Of a stretch of DNA of 64,000 nucleotides, positions 29,408 to 39,033 are shown in pieces. The notes under the pieces are model-generated. The model was not told the DNA's origin and did no database searches. It saw only the letters and a list, made by a program, of their open reading frames with translations. The position numbers were made by a program, and so were the translations under genes. This DNA comes from Bacilli bacterium (GTDB taxonomy: Bacteria; Bacillota_I; Bacilli_A; RF39; UBA660): contig JAFWKJ010000009.1 in the NCBI GenBank assembly GCA_017511375.1, forward strand, positions 3,407 to 67,406. The letters are read 5' to 3'. Within the stretch, counting starts at the first letter, position 1. The number at the start of each line of letters is the position of its first letter.

Positions 29408-29980
29408 TTGAGTAATATTTTTTTAGAAAAGTTAGAAGAATTAAAAAGGGATCGTGAACCAGCACATATTTGTTATTTTAATAACGGAAATGTGATGACT
29501 TCTAATAACGCAACTGCAAAGAGAATAAGTAGTGCAGATGATCCAAAAGAGTATAACGCAATAGAAGGAGTATTATTAAATGTTGCGACAATTTTCTCAG
29601 ATATGGGGAACTTTGATTCATTTAATATGGATATGTATCTAGGATTAGTATTCAATGTAGAGGATATCAATGGAAAAATTAATCATGATTCAAAACATAT
29701 TCCAGAAATTGTACGTTATTATACTGGAAGAATAAAAGCAACAGAAAATGGAGAACCAGTAAAAGATAAAGATTTTAGTAAATATGGTTATGGAAGACAA
29801 GGATACATAAACTATAACAAATTAGTAGAAGCTGTTAAAAGCAGTGGTCTAGAATTCAACGGACCACAAACATTTGAGGAATTCGAAGAGTTTATTCTTA
29901 CAGGAGAACCATTTGATGTATCAATTACTGCAAATCTAAAACCACAAAAACAAGAAAACGAAACACCAATTACGAAATAA
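29408..29980 (+). CDS. Hypothetical protein
   Basis: TTG start 6 nt after AAAGGAGGG. The tracked ATG 29363 overlaps a TGTATAAT promoter element (29364-29371). Confidence 0.4.
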   Translation: MSNIFLEKLEELKRDREPAHICYFNNGNVMTSNNATAKRISSADDPKEYNAIEGVLLNVATIFSDMGNFDSFNMDMYLGLVFNVEDINGKINHDSKHIPEIVRYYTGRIKATENGEPVKDKDFSKYGYGRQGYINYNKLVEAVKSSGLEFNGPQTFEEFEEFILTGEPFDVSITANLKPQKQENETPITK

Positions 29981-30069
29981 AAGATAACAATAGTTATCTT
30001 TTTTATTGCTTCAAGAATGAAACTTTTCTAATTTCATTTAGAGTGTTATACTATCCATAGGTGAGTAGA

Positions 30070-30618
30070 ATGGATGAAAATGTGAAACGATTCAAAGAAG
30101 GTATTTTTTCATTAAACACAAGAAGGTTTGGAAAAGTGGCAGAACTCATGATACAAAAACTATATGGATTAGAGGACCCAAATAGTAATGCTTATGACCT
30201 ACTTACAAACAATAACCAAAGAGTAGAAGTGAAGTTTTCTAAAGTATTAAAAAAATGCCCTTCTAAAATAGACGCCAAAAATGCCATGAAACAAATTTTA
30301 GCATCAACGCTTGAAAGAAGATTTTTAAGTTTTGAGAAAGCAAAAACTAGTAATTTTAATTGTAACATCCAACAAGTGAAACCAATAGAATTTGATTGGT
30401 TATATTATGGCTGTTTCTTCGAAGATAAAATTTTGATATGTAAGATACATTCAAAAGAATTAATTGGAAATGCAGAGATATATTATTCTGAACACCAACA
30501 TAGAGGAAATGTGGGAGAAGGACAATTCCATATTACGGATAACAATATAGAAACACACCTAAATAAGTATTTTGTAACATGGTTAACTTATGAGGATTTA
30601 TATCAAATGTTTTCATAA
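30070..30618 (+). CDS. Candidate type II restriction endonuclease partner of the adjacent methylase
   Basis: 182 aa, convergent with and 27 nt from the N6A methylase. Possible PD-(D/E)XK-like D..EVK (AYDLLTNNNQRVEVKFSK). No other homology is recognisable by eye. Confidence 0.4.
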   Translation: MDENVKRFKEGIFSLNTRRFGKVAELMIQKLYGLEDPNSNAYDLLTNNNQRVEVKFSKVLKKCPSKIDAKNAMKQILASTLERRFLSFEKAKTSNFNCNIQQVKPIEFDWLYYGCFFEDKILICKIHSKELIGNAEIYYSEHQHRGNVGEGQFHITDNNIETHLNKYFVTWLTYEDLYQMFS

Positions 30619-30644
30619 AAAAAGAATCCATAATGGATTCTTTT

Positions 30645-32444
30645 TTAATACATCTCTCTTAAGTAATTAATTTCTTCTTCTGTTAAAGACAATTGTTTAT
30701 AAATAATATCTTCTATTTCTTCATTGTATTTATTCTCTTGATTTAATTTAGTCAATTCGATGATCTTTTCTTTTGTTTTTTCATCAAAATCAAAGATACA
30801 GAAAGACTGAATGTGGCTTTTTAATACTTTGTGTGTTTTATAAACCTCATCAAAGAATAATTGTGTAACTCTAGAATTTAATATGGCAGATACATAGTAA
30901 TAATCATAATATTTAATATTGATAATATTGGCACTATTAAGAGTTAAGTAACCTTTTGTTTCTACTGCAAAGCATAATTTGTTTCCTATAAACTTATATA
31001 CAAGTTTTTCTTTTCGATAATTTTCTTCAGGAGCAACCTGTTGTAGTTTGTCTTTTTCAAATACAATATAATTTTTAATAAGACTATAATCAAAATTATA
31101 TCTTGTAATTTCTTTTCCACTAATAATAGGTTCAGATCCTTCTATTTGAGTATCGTGTAAGTACTCTTTATTATTTCCTGTAACAATTCCTAAACTAAAT
31201 TGAGAGTTTTTATCGTCTAAACAAAAATACTTTGTATTTTTTATTTTCTTAATAATATTTTTAGGGATAGCAGAAGGAATTAAGAAATTACAATGTGGAT
31301 TTTCTAAAAATTGATCTTGTTCAATTTTATATCGATTATAGATACAAGTATGATGAAGAGTTTTTGCTTTAGTAACTTTCATGATAATGACATCTGTAAC
31401 AACTTCTGTAAATTCTCTTCCCATATTCTTAATATAATTGATATTGTAATCCAATAAATAATTTCGTATATCTTCATGTACCGCAATATTTAAAATACTA
31501 CTTGGTAAAACAAAACTTAATACGCCATCTTCATTTAATAAATCAAAAGACCTTTGAATAAACTGTGCAAAGGAATCTTGCTTAGCAAACAACTTATCAT
31601 ATTTTTGTGCTAATTCTTCTTTTTCTTTCTTAGTATATTTAATACCCCAAGGAGGATTTCCAATCACCACATCAAATCTTTCTTGAATATCTCCCAATAA
31701 ATAGTCCTCACATCGTATATTCAATTCATTGTAATCAATGTTGTCATCTAAATTATATAGATTGATTTTGGCAATTAATATGGCAATGTCATCGATATCA
31801 TAGCCATATAAAGAATCAATGATTTCTTTCGTAGTGAAATGATTATCTTTCATCTTTTTAAACATTTGAATTAAGAAGTTACCACTACCACAACCTGGAT
31901 CTAGTACTTTCATATTTTCATATACGTCTACTGACTCAACCATCTTTTTCACAACAGAAAAGGGAGTATAAAAGATACCTTTACTATCTTTTTTTCCTTG
32001 AGATAATAAAGACATATATAAACAACCTAAGAAATCATCACTCTCATCATAAGAAATAATAATCTCGTTAAATTCTTTCATAAACGCTTCGTTATTACTT
32101 CCTTCTCCTAAAAGATCAAAGGCTTCTTGCGGAATTCTTTTGTCTACAAGAACCTTTTTGATGGTTTCTATTAAAAGTTCATGATTAGAAATATGATAAG
32201 CCTCTTGTAAGTCCATAATATGAGTAATAATATGAGGAATTTTCTTATCTTTTACATAACTAGTTGGAATAATATGATTCGTACTATTTCTTTTATTTCT
32301 TCTAACATTCTTTTTAGATTTAATAATTCTTTCAATATCTTCTACATCTATTTCTTCTATACTAGAAATATAACCTAGTTTTTTCCAATTTCTAAGAGTA
32401 GCTTCACTAATACTATAGCGATTCATAATCTCTAATTTTTTCAT
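30645..32444 (-). CDS. N6-adenine DNA methyltransferase (gamma class, Eco57I/TaqI-like) with N-terminal MerR-like HTH
   Basis: Motif I LDPGCGSGNFL and motif IV VIGNPPWG. Large C-terminal target-recognition region. N-terminal YSISEATLRNWKKLGYIS HTH. Confidence 0.85.
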   Translation of the reverse strand: MKKLEIMNRYSISEATLRNWKKLGYISSIEEIDVEDIERIIKSKKNVRRNKRNSTNHIIPTSYVKDKKIPHIITHIMDLQEAYHISNHELLIETIKKVLVDKRIPQEAFDLLGEGSNNEAFMKEFNEIIISYDESDDFLGCLYMSLLSQGKKDSKGIFYTPFSVVKKMVESVDVYENMKVLDPGCGSGNFLIQMFKKMKDNHFTTKEIIDSLYGYDIDDIAILIAKINLYNLDDNIDYNELNIRCEDYLLGDIQERFDVVIGNPPWGIKYTKKEKEELAQKYDKLFAKQDSFAQFIQRSFDLLNEDGVLSFVLPSSILNIAVHEDIRNYLLDYNINYIKNMGREFTEVVTDVIIMKVTKAKTLHHTCIYNRYKIEQDQFLENPHCNFLIPSAIPKNIIKKIKNTKYFCLDDKNSQFSLGIVTGNNKEYLHDTQIEGSEPIISGKEITRYNFDYSLIKNYIVFEKDKLQQVAPEENYRKEKLVYKFIGNKLCFAVETKGYLTLNSANIINIKYYDYYYVSAILNSRVTQLFFDEVYKTHKVLKSHIQSFCIFDFDEKTKEKIIELTKLNQENKYNEEIEDIIYKQLSLTEEEINYLREMY

Positions 32445-32543
32445 ATCTTGGTGTCACTTCCTTTTTTATAAACACATTCAAATATATTATATCATAATTA
32501 TCATAGGGATGTATTTTTTGTTATAATGGAATTAGGTGATACT

Positions 32544-33149
32544 ATGAATATAGAGAAAGAACTTTCTAAATTTAGAGAATTTAAAAAGAATTATGTATTT
32601 AAACAAAAAGAAATCATAGAAAAAGAGGGATGCCTTTATTGTGAGAAAACTCTTCTAAAAGATGAAAAGGGATATATTGGCGAAAGTGAGAAATGGATTA
32701 ATGTAGGCTATAATCTTCATGGATCCTATACGAAATTATTATCTAATTTATTTCCTTATGAGTTTGAATTGAAAGGATACAAATTAAGCTCGATAGAATC
32801 TTTCTTTCAAGGGATAAAGTTTAAAGAAAAAGATCTTCAAAAAGAAGTATTTCATTATAGTGGGATTCCTGCTGTTGTAATAAAAGAAACATCTAATTAT
32901 AACTGGAAAGAAAACGGGCTTATTTATTTTCAAGGGGACCCTATCAAGAGAGATTCTAAAGAGTATGATGAATTAGTGGAAGAACTATATATTTCAGCCA
33001 TACAAAATCCTTTCTATAGAAATGCCATTAAGAAATGTCCTCTTCCTATCATTCATGCCATAGGAGAAGAAAAGAAAGAAGAGACAGTCTTCACAAGATA
33101 TGAATTTGAATATATGATGAATTGTCTTCATGATTTCTTGAATAAATAA
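32544..33149 (+). CDS. NADAR (YbiA/DUF1768)-like protein
   Basis: LLSNLFPYEFELKGYKLSSIESFFQGIKF parallels YbiA FSNFAAWPIKVDGKTWPTSEHYFQAQKF. The start is moved to ATG 32544 because TGTTATAAT (32519-32527) overlaps the tracked start. Confidence 0.4.
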   Translation: MNIEKELSKFREFKKNYVFKQKEIIEKEGCLYCEKTLLKDEKGYIGESEKWINVGYNLHGSYTKLLSNLFPYEFELKGYKLSSIESFFQGIKFKEKDLQKEVFHYSGIPAVVIKETSNYNWKENGLIYFQGDPIKRDSKEYDELVEELYISAIQNPFYRNAIKKCPLPIIHAIGEEKKEETVFTRYEFEYMMNCLHDFLNK

Positions 33150-33177
33150 AAAATCAGAAACTATTCTGATTTTTTAA

Positions 33178-33411
33178 CTATTTAAATATAAGTGCTGCAA
33201 GAAAAACACAAATGGCTCCTACAACGGGTAATATAATATTGGCTAGACGTATATCAATACGTTTAAATAGCAAAGGCAAAAGAAAGAATACAACAGCACA
33301 TGCAATTGAATAATAAAAACATCCATTGAACTCATGATCGTGAAAATAAATAATCAAAGCAAATACTATTGCAGATAATGAATACAATCTTGATCTTTTT
33401 GATGGGGTCAT
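33178..33411 (-). CDS. Small 2-3 TM membrane protein
   Basis: 77-aa hydrophobic ORF with a 4-nt overlap with the upstream gene on the same strand. Confidence 0.35.
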   Translation of the reverse strand: MTPSKRSRLYSLSAIVFALIIYFHDHEFNGCFYYSIACAVVFFLLPLLFKRIDIRLANIILPVVGAICVFLAALIFK

Positions 33412-34262
33412 ATTAATCTATCTCCTATAAAACTTTTATAAAATAACTCTATGTCATTACAATCTCTTTCGGCATCTTGTTCTTGGTAACCATTTAAAAT
33501 TGTTTCTTTAATAATTATAAGATGATTATCAACAAAATCAATTTTTTTAATAATTTTTTGTGAGGAATAATATTTAATAATATCTGAATAGATTTCACTT
33601 TTCAAATCAATAAAGTTTGTGTTAATATCACTGAAATTATAATCATAAGAAACATATTTATGCTGTTTCTGATAATGATAAGAATATGTCGAATGGGCAC
33701 CATTATTTATTAGCTCTTCCACCATTTCTTCCTCATAGTATACTCTCAATGTACAATGATATGGCTTCACGTTACATAAATAAATATCATTTTCTCTAAT
33801 ATTTCCTACTTCACTTTTAGAGCCAATAACTATTTCTTTTCTTGCAGTAGGAATTTCTTGAATATCAACATATTTTTGAAGAAGATATTTAGATAAGTAT
33901 TTTTGAGTGTTTGCGGTATAATTTGTATATTTATGAACAAGATAAAATGCATAGAAAACTGGTGGCAAAATAATAAGTCCAACATATAATGAATTAAACT
34001 TTTCCATGATAATGATGACAACAGGAATTAGTAAAATAATAATGATAAATAGAAGAACAATCATTCTCTCATGAGGCAGTTTTCCTAGAGAATCTGGAAG
34101 ACCCTCTCTTGATATAATTACTCTTGCTATTTCATCATTAAGATTTTGTTTTATTCTTTCAACAGCCTTACGCCTTTTGTGAATCACAATATAAATGATA
34201 TATAAAGAAAATGAAAAGAGAGCAATTAATCCAATTATTTGTCCTATTGACATAGTCATCAC
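33408..34262 (-). CDS. Hypothetical membrane protein
   Basis: 284 aa. An N-terminal TM plus two further TMs, then a soluble C-terminal domain. No motif recognised. Confidence 0.4.
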   Translation of the reverse strand: MMTMSIGQIIGLIALFSFSLYIIYIVIHKRRKAVERIKQNLNDEIARVIISREGLPDSLGKLPHERMIVLLFIIIILLIPVVIIIMEKFNSLYVGLIILPPVFYAFYLVHKYTNYTANTQKYLSKYLLQKYVDIQEIPTARKEIVIGSKSEVGNIRENDIYLCNVKPYHCTLRVYYEEEMVEELINNGAHSTYSYHYQKQHKYVSYDYNFSDINTNFIDLKSEIYSDIIKYYSSQKIIKKIDFVDNHLIIIKETILNGYQEQDAERDCNDIELFYKSFIGDRLI

Positions 34263-34385
34263 CTAGTATCATTCTATTATAAATGTATTTTTTTGTAAAT
34301 ATGATATACAAATGGAAAAAGTTATAGAAAATAGTTTTTTGATGTTAAATGTTTTTTTATGATAAAATAAATTTGGTGATATAGT

Positions 34386-35102
34386 ATGAGAAATAAATCA
34401 TTCTTTCAAAAGAAATCAAGTCTTGATAAAAGAATTGTTGCTTTAGAAATTGAATTAGATGAAAGGGTTAATAAAGCGGTAAAAGACAATAGATTCTGTG
34501 TATATTGGTTTGATATTTTTAAAGAACAATTAGAAAAATGCAAAAGAATTAATAGTTATGAAGATTATTTATTCTTTTATAACATAATGACGACGTATGA
34601 TAAAAACTGTAAGATATCTTTAGAAGCAGGAGAAATGATTAATAATCTCATGAAAGATCCAAATTATTATGGAGCGATTCATAGAACCTATTTAGGAAAA
34701 ATGGAATATCAAAATGGAATTCCTAGTATCCCAGAATTGGATAGTATTATGGAAGATGGGTTAATAAATAATGGACATGGTATGTCTTCAGCTGCCTTTT
34801 CGGATAATCCTTCTCTCTCTTTAACTACTTCTCCATTAATTGGAATAGCAGGAATAGGGAACTTTTGCTCAAAATATAAGGAGAATAATGTAATCATCTT
34901 ATTAAAGTTTCCTAAAGATAAAGTGGATGATGAACTATCCTTTAAGGGTGATAGTGCTAAGGATATATATGATACAAAAAAAGGACTTTGTTTTATCAAA
35001 CCAGAGTATGTTATGGGAGCCTTCATCGAAGAAGAAGATAAACAAAAATATTTTACGAGAGAACAAATATTGAGCGTGAAGCAAAACGAAAATCAGATAT
35101 AG
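34386..35102 (+). CDS. Hypothetical protein
   Basis: 238-aa ORF with RBS GGTGA. No confident motif. Confidence 0.4.
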   Translation: MRNKSFFQKKSSLDKRIVALEIELDERVNKAVKDNRFCVYWFDIFKEQLEKCKRINSYEDYLFFYNIMTTYDKNCKISLEAGEMINNLMKDPNYYGAIHRTYLGKMEYQNGIPSIPELDSIMEDGLINNGHGMSSAAFSDNPSLSLTTSPLIGIAGIGNFCSKYKENNVIILLKFPKDKVDDELSFKGDSAKDIYDTKKGLCFIKPEYVMGAFIEEEDKQKYFTREQILSVKQNENQI

Positions 35103-35112
35103 GAGTGGTTGA

Positions 35113-35793
35113 ATGAAACGAATTGGTATTATTTGTGCAATGGCAGAGGAATTAGAAGAATTATCTAAGTTGCTAACATTAGAACAGAAACATACCTATT
35201 ATGATATTGAAGTATTAGAATGTAATTTAGGGGGCAAAAAACTATTTCTTGCAGAATCAGGAGTAGGGAAAGTAAATGCTGCTAGATGCGCACAAATCAT
35301 GATTGATCATTTAGATCTAGATTGCATCTTTAATATTGGTGTTGCAGGTTCTGTTTCAAAAGAAGTAAAAGTATGTGATGTAGTAATTGGAAAAAAATTA
35401 GTACAACATGATTTTGATGTAACACCTTTTGATCATGAATTAGGTTATGTTCCAAAGGTGGGAGTATATGTTGAAAGTGATAAAAGATTAGTAGAAATTG
35501 CGGATAAAGCAATGGATAACTCCCATAAAGGAATTATTGCCTCAGGAGATGTTTTCTGTACAAAAAAAGAAATGAGTGAACATATTGCTAAGACATTTAA
35601 TGCATTATGTGTAGAGATGGAAGGAGCAAGCATTGCTCAAGTATGTTTCTTATCCAAAGTACCTTTCTTAGTAATTAGAAGTATTTCTGATTCACCAGAC
35701 GGAAGCGAAAATAAACTAACATTTGAGGAATTTCTTTTTGAGAGCGCACAAAAAGTGGCAAAAGAATTAATAGAAATAATTAAACAAATTTAA
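35113..35793 (+). CDS. mtnN: 5'-methylthioadenosine/S-adenosylhomocysteine nucleosidase
   Basis: MKRIGIICAMAEE.., ..ESGVGKVNAA.., ..VEMEGASIAQV.., ..IRSISD motifs are typical of Pfs/MtnN. Confidence 0.9.
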   Translation: MKRIGIICAMAEELEELSKLLTLEQKHTYYDIEVLECNLGGKKLFLAESGVGKVNAARCAQIMIDHLDLDCIFNIGVAGSVSKEVKVCDVVIGKKLVQHDFDVTPFDHELGYVPKVGVYVESDKRLVEIADKAMDNSHKGIIASGDVFCTKKEMSEHIAKTFNALCVEMEGASIAQVCFLSKVPFLVIRSISDSPDGSENKLTFEEFLFESAQKVAKELIEIIKQI

Positions 35794-35853
35794 AATTGGA
35801 CCTTTCCAATTTTTTATTTTTATGTTATAATAACGGCACAAAGAAGGGGTATT

Positions 35854-36594
35854 ATGGAAACACTCTATATAAAACCACAAGAACTAGAAAAAGGATTTAT
35901 TGGCGGAGGAGACGAAGGCTGTGTCTATCGATATAATAACCAATATGCCGTAAAGATTTTTAATAGTTACTATGATAAAGAAAAACGTATGGAAAATAAG
36001 ATGGCTAAGGTAAAAGAATTAATGAAAATACAAGACCCATCTTTTGCTTTTCCTATGGGATTAGTCACGACAAATGGAAAAACAGAGAATGGCTATTACA
36101 CAAAATACATTGCGGGAAGAAGAAGTTTTAGGCATCTTTCATTAGAGATGAATCGTGAAAAAATACTAAAAGTACTACTAGAAGCAGAGGCGGCTTTAAA
36201 AAGGATTCATAAAAGAGGGATTATTGTAGGAGATTTAAAAGAAGAGAACATCTTATTAAATAGAGGAAATCATCCTGTATTTATTGATACCGATAATTAT
36301 ATTTGCGGCAAGCATCCATTTGATTTACTTCCCTTACGTGTAGGATGCCTTTATGATTTGTATGGTGGAAAAATGATTAGATTTGAGGATAATGATAAAT
36401 TGTTATTCGCTTTGATGTCTTTAGAAATGCTTACGAAAGATCCTCGCTTTAAGTATGGAGCGAGTAGAGAAGATATTGCACAAGCCATTAAGACCTATAG
36501 TAAAAATAAAGAGGTAAGAGAAGTATTAAGTGCTATCTTTTCAAATGCTGAAGAAAAGCCATATGTTGGTTCTGTATTACAAAAAGTAATCTAA
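35854..36594 (+). CDS. Stand-alone protein-kinase-like fold protein
   Basis: Gly-rich loop GGGDEGCVY, YAVKIF lysine, catalytic-loop-like GDLKEENILL and FIDTDN. TGTTATAAT promoter at 35823-35831. Confidence 0.55.
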   Translation: METLYIKPQELEKGFIGGGDEGCVYRYNNQYAVKIFNSYYDKEKRMENKMAKVKELMKIQDPSFAFPMGLVTTNGKTENGYYTKYIAGRRSFRHLSLEMNREKILKVLLEAEAALKRIHKRGIIVGDLKEENILLNRGNHPVFIDTDNYICGKHPFDLLPLRVGCLYDLYGGKMIRFEDNDKLLFALMSLEMLTKDPRFKYGASREDIAQAIKTYSKNKEVREVLSAIFSNAEEKPYVGSVLQKVI

Positions 36595-36653
36595 CTTAAA
36601 TTAGGAAAAATGTATTGTTATAAACATTATGCAACTATAAATATATTTACGTA

Positions 36654-36683
36654 AAAAAGAAAAAGGACTTAGTCCTTTTTTTT
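36654..36683. terminator. Bidirectional terminator
   Basis: AAGGAC/GTCCTT stem flanked by A8 and T8 runs. It overlaps the stop codon of the minus-strand gene. Confidence 0.65.
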
Positions 36684-38876
36684 GAATTCCTTTTGAATAA
36701 GGGATATCAATTTCTTATTTCCTTCTTTAGAAAGATGAATCCCATCTACCATAAAATAAGAATCCTGAAGTTGTGAATCTTGATAAAAGTCTATGACATG
36801 AACATTTTTTTCTTTAAAAGAAAATGGCTTATGATAAACAAAGATGAAATAGATTTCTTGTTCCTTGGCAGTACTTATAATTTTTTTATAATCCTCTTTC
36901 ATATATCTTTCCGAATCATCCATCGCAATAACGATTTTCTTAGGAAGAATTTGTTCATTACTTTCTAGATTGATTTCTTTTAATAGTTCTTGCAAAGAAT
37001 AATCATCTTTCGCAATAAAACGACTTTCATTAAACTCTTTTTGTAAATCCGGATAGATGTTTAGTAAGACTTGATTTCCATAGAAATTGATCTTTTCATT
37101 CTCTTTTTCTTCGTGTTCTTTTAAAATCGAATTTTTCTTCTCTTCATATTGTTTATGATAATGATGATAGATTCCATCATAAATGGTTTGTGTATAAGAT
37201 CTCATTCCATCTCCAGTTAAATGGACTCCATCCGCCACAAAGTATTCTGGGTGGCCACTCGAAGCACCCGCCCAATCAATGATCGTTACGTTGGAGTACA
37301 TGGAAGCAAGATCATAGAAACTTTGATTAACATGGACGGCATTATCATTAGAAACAGTGACGATATAGACATTTCTATTTTCACAAGTAGACATGATTTC
37401 CCTTTGACAGGGAAGGCCACATTGACCATTTGTTCCTAAATGGATAAGGACGTCATTAGGAAGAGCTCCTTGGTTTTTAATAGACTGAAGAATTCGGTTG
37501 GCTTCATAATCCGTACGAGAAACAGCTGCATCAAAATAACCATTAGGGAATTGTTGATATAAATTTAAAACGGCTCCTAACATTACGGAATCACCTACAG
37601 CTGTAATGGGTAGATTAGATACATAGGCAGCTAATTCATTTTCTCCATTTTCCAAATCTTTTAAGACAGAATTCCATTCTTCATTTTCCTCTTGAATTCG
37701 TTTTCTATAATCTACTTGCTTTCTTTCAACGGATCTTTGGTTATATTCTAATTGTTTTCTTAACTGGTTCATTTCCTCGGTATAGTCTTTTGCCATTATA
37801 TATTGGATAAGACCATAGATACAAAAGATACAAGTAAATATAATACAGGTTAATCGGAAATAATAATTCTTTGGATTTTTAAAGTCTAGAGAGAAATGAA
37901 TAAAATAAGAAATACCAAAGATAAGAAGAATCATAAGGGGAACTTTCCAACCTATGGGAAGTGTTAGGTATTGGAAAAAGAAAATAATAGGATACTGAAA
38001 CAAATAAACTTCATAAGAGACACCGGATAAATACTTTGTTTCTCTTTCTAAATAATTTAATTCTTTTGATTCTTGAACGGTTCCATAATCTATCAATCTA
38101 CATGTAATGAAGGATACGAGTATCATCATCATTCCATATATAGAGGAATTTGAATCGATGATAAATTGTAATAGGATAAAGATTGATAGATAAAAATAAA
38201 ATAGTATGTTAGTGTGTTTTTGAAAAATAATGGGTTTATATTCATGATGAATATATCCAACTAAAACACCAAGTAATAAAGAAAAGACTCTAGCAAAAGT
38301 ATCATAGTAAGAAATCATAATATCGTGACTATAATAGATAAAATAACAGATACTAGCGATAATTTCTATTCCTAATAATATAAGAGGGAAACTTTTATGA
38401 ATCCTTTTTTTACAACCATCTATTAAAAGATAAAGGAATGGAAAAATAAGTTCAAATTGTAATAGAATTCCGATATACCAGAAATGCATAAAAGGAGAAC
38501 TAACGTGTCTTGCAAAGTAATCGGCATTTACTTGTAATTGCCAGTAATTGTTGTAGCCAAATAGCACAGAAGTAGTTTCAGGTTTCAACTGAAACCAATG
38601 CGTCTCAGGCATAAAAGTAGCAACGCATACGGTTAAAAAGACAACTACTAATAAAGGTAAATAAATATGAAAAAACCTGTTTTTATAATAATCGAAAAGA
38701 GATACATTTTCTTTTCTAGAAAGAGAAGTATAAGAAAGATATCCACTTAGAACAAAAAAAGAGCAGACAGACAAAAAGCCCCCTTTTAAGTATCCCAAAT
38801 GATAAAGAAGGACGCCTATGCATGATACAACTCTTATGATATCTAATAATTTATAGTATTTCTTATTCTCTTTCAT
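36669..38876 (-). CDS. Acyltransferase-3 family membrane protein fused to SGNH/GDSL-like domains (OatA-like O-acetyltransferase)
   Basis: About 10 TM helices in the N-terminal domain with an acyltransferase_3 pattern. Extracytoplasmic C-terminal region with AVGDSVMLG and DGVHLT SGNH-type blocks, then a second ..DGIHLS block. Confidence 0.75.
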   Translation of the reverse strand: MKENKKYYKLLDIIRVVSCIGVLLYHLGYLKGGFLSVCSFFVLSGYLSYTSLSRKENVSLFDYYKNRFFHIYLPLLVVVFLTVCVATFMPETHWFQLKPETTSVLFGYNNYWQLQVNADYFARHVSSPFMHFWYIGILLQFELIFPFLYLLIDGCKKRIHKSFPLILLGIEIIASICYFIYYSHDIMISYYDTFARVFSLLLGVLVGYIHHEYKPIIFQKHTNILFYFYLSIFILLQFIIDSNSSIYGMMMILVSFITCRLIDYGTVQESKELNYLERETKYLSGVSYEVYLFQYPIIFFFQYLTLPIGWKVPLMILLIFGISYFIHFSLDFKNPKNYYFRLTCIIFTCIFCIYGLIQYIMAKDYTEEMNQLRKQLEYNQRSVERKQVDYRKRIQEENEEWNSVLKDLENGENELAAYVSNLPITAVGDSVMLGAVLNLYQQFPNGYFDAAVSRTDYEANRILQSIKNQGALPNDVLIHLGTNGQCGLPCQREIMSTCENRNVYIVTVSNDNAVHVNQSFYDLASMYSNVTIIDWAGASSGHPEYFVADGVHLTGDGMRSYTQTIYDGIYHHYHKQYEEKKNSILKEHEEKENEKINFYGNQVLLNIYPDLQKEFNESRFIAKDDYSLQELLKEINLESNEQILPKKIVIAMDDSERYMKEDYKKIISTAKEQEIYFIFVYHKPFSFKEKNVHVIDFYQDSQLQDSYFMVDGIHLSKEGNKKLISLIQKEFKKKD

Positions 38877-39033
38877 ATCTTACTCCGTATTAATTATAGA
38901 AATAATAGGGTAAAAAGTAAAGAGTTCCTATTATTAACAATTTGATAATAACAATTTAATAAAACACAAAAAATGATTAAATAATGGAAAAAATAATTAA
39001 TATGTTATAATAAAAGAGAGTAGGAGTGATGAT

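Noticed and set aside
34386-35102. Possible ADP-ribosyltransferase toxin paired with the nearby NADAR-like gene (IHRTY .. SLTTSP .. KPEY as an R-S-E triad)
   Set aside because: The motif spacing is only loosely compatible and there is no ExE/QxE. The gene is separated from the NADAR-like gene by two opposite-strand membrane genes. Support is too weak to call.
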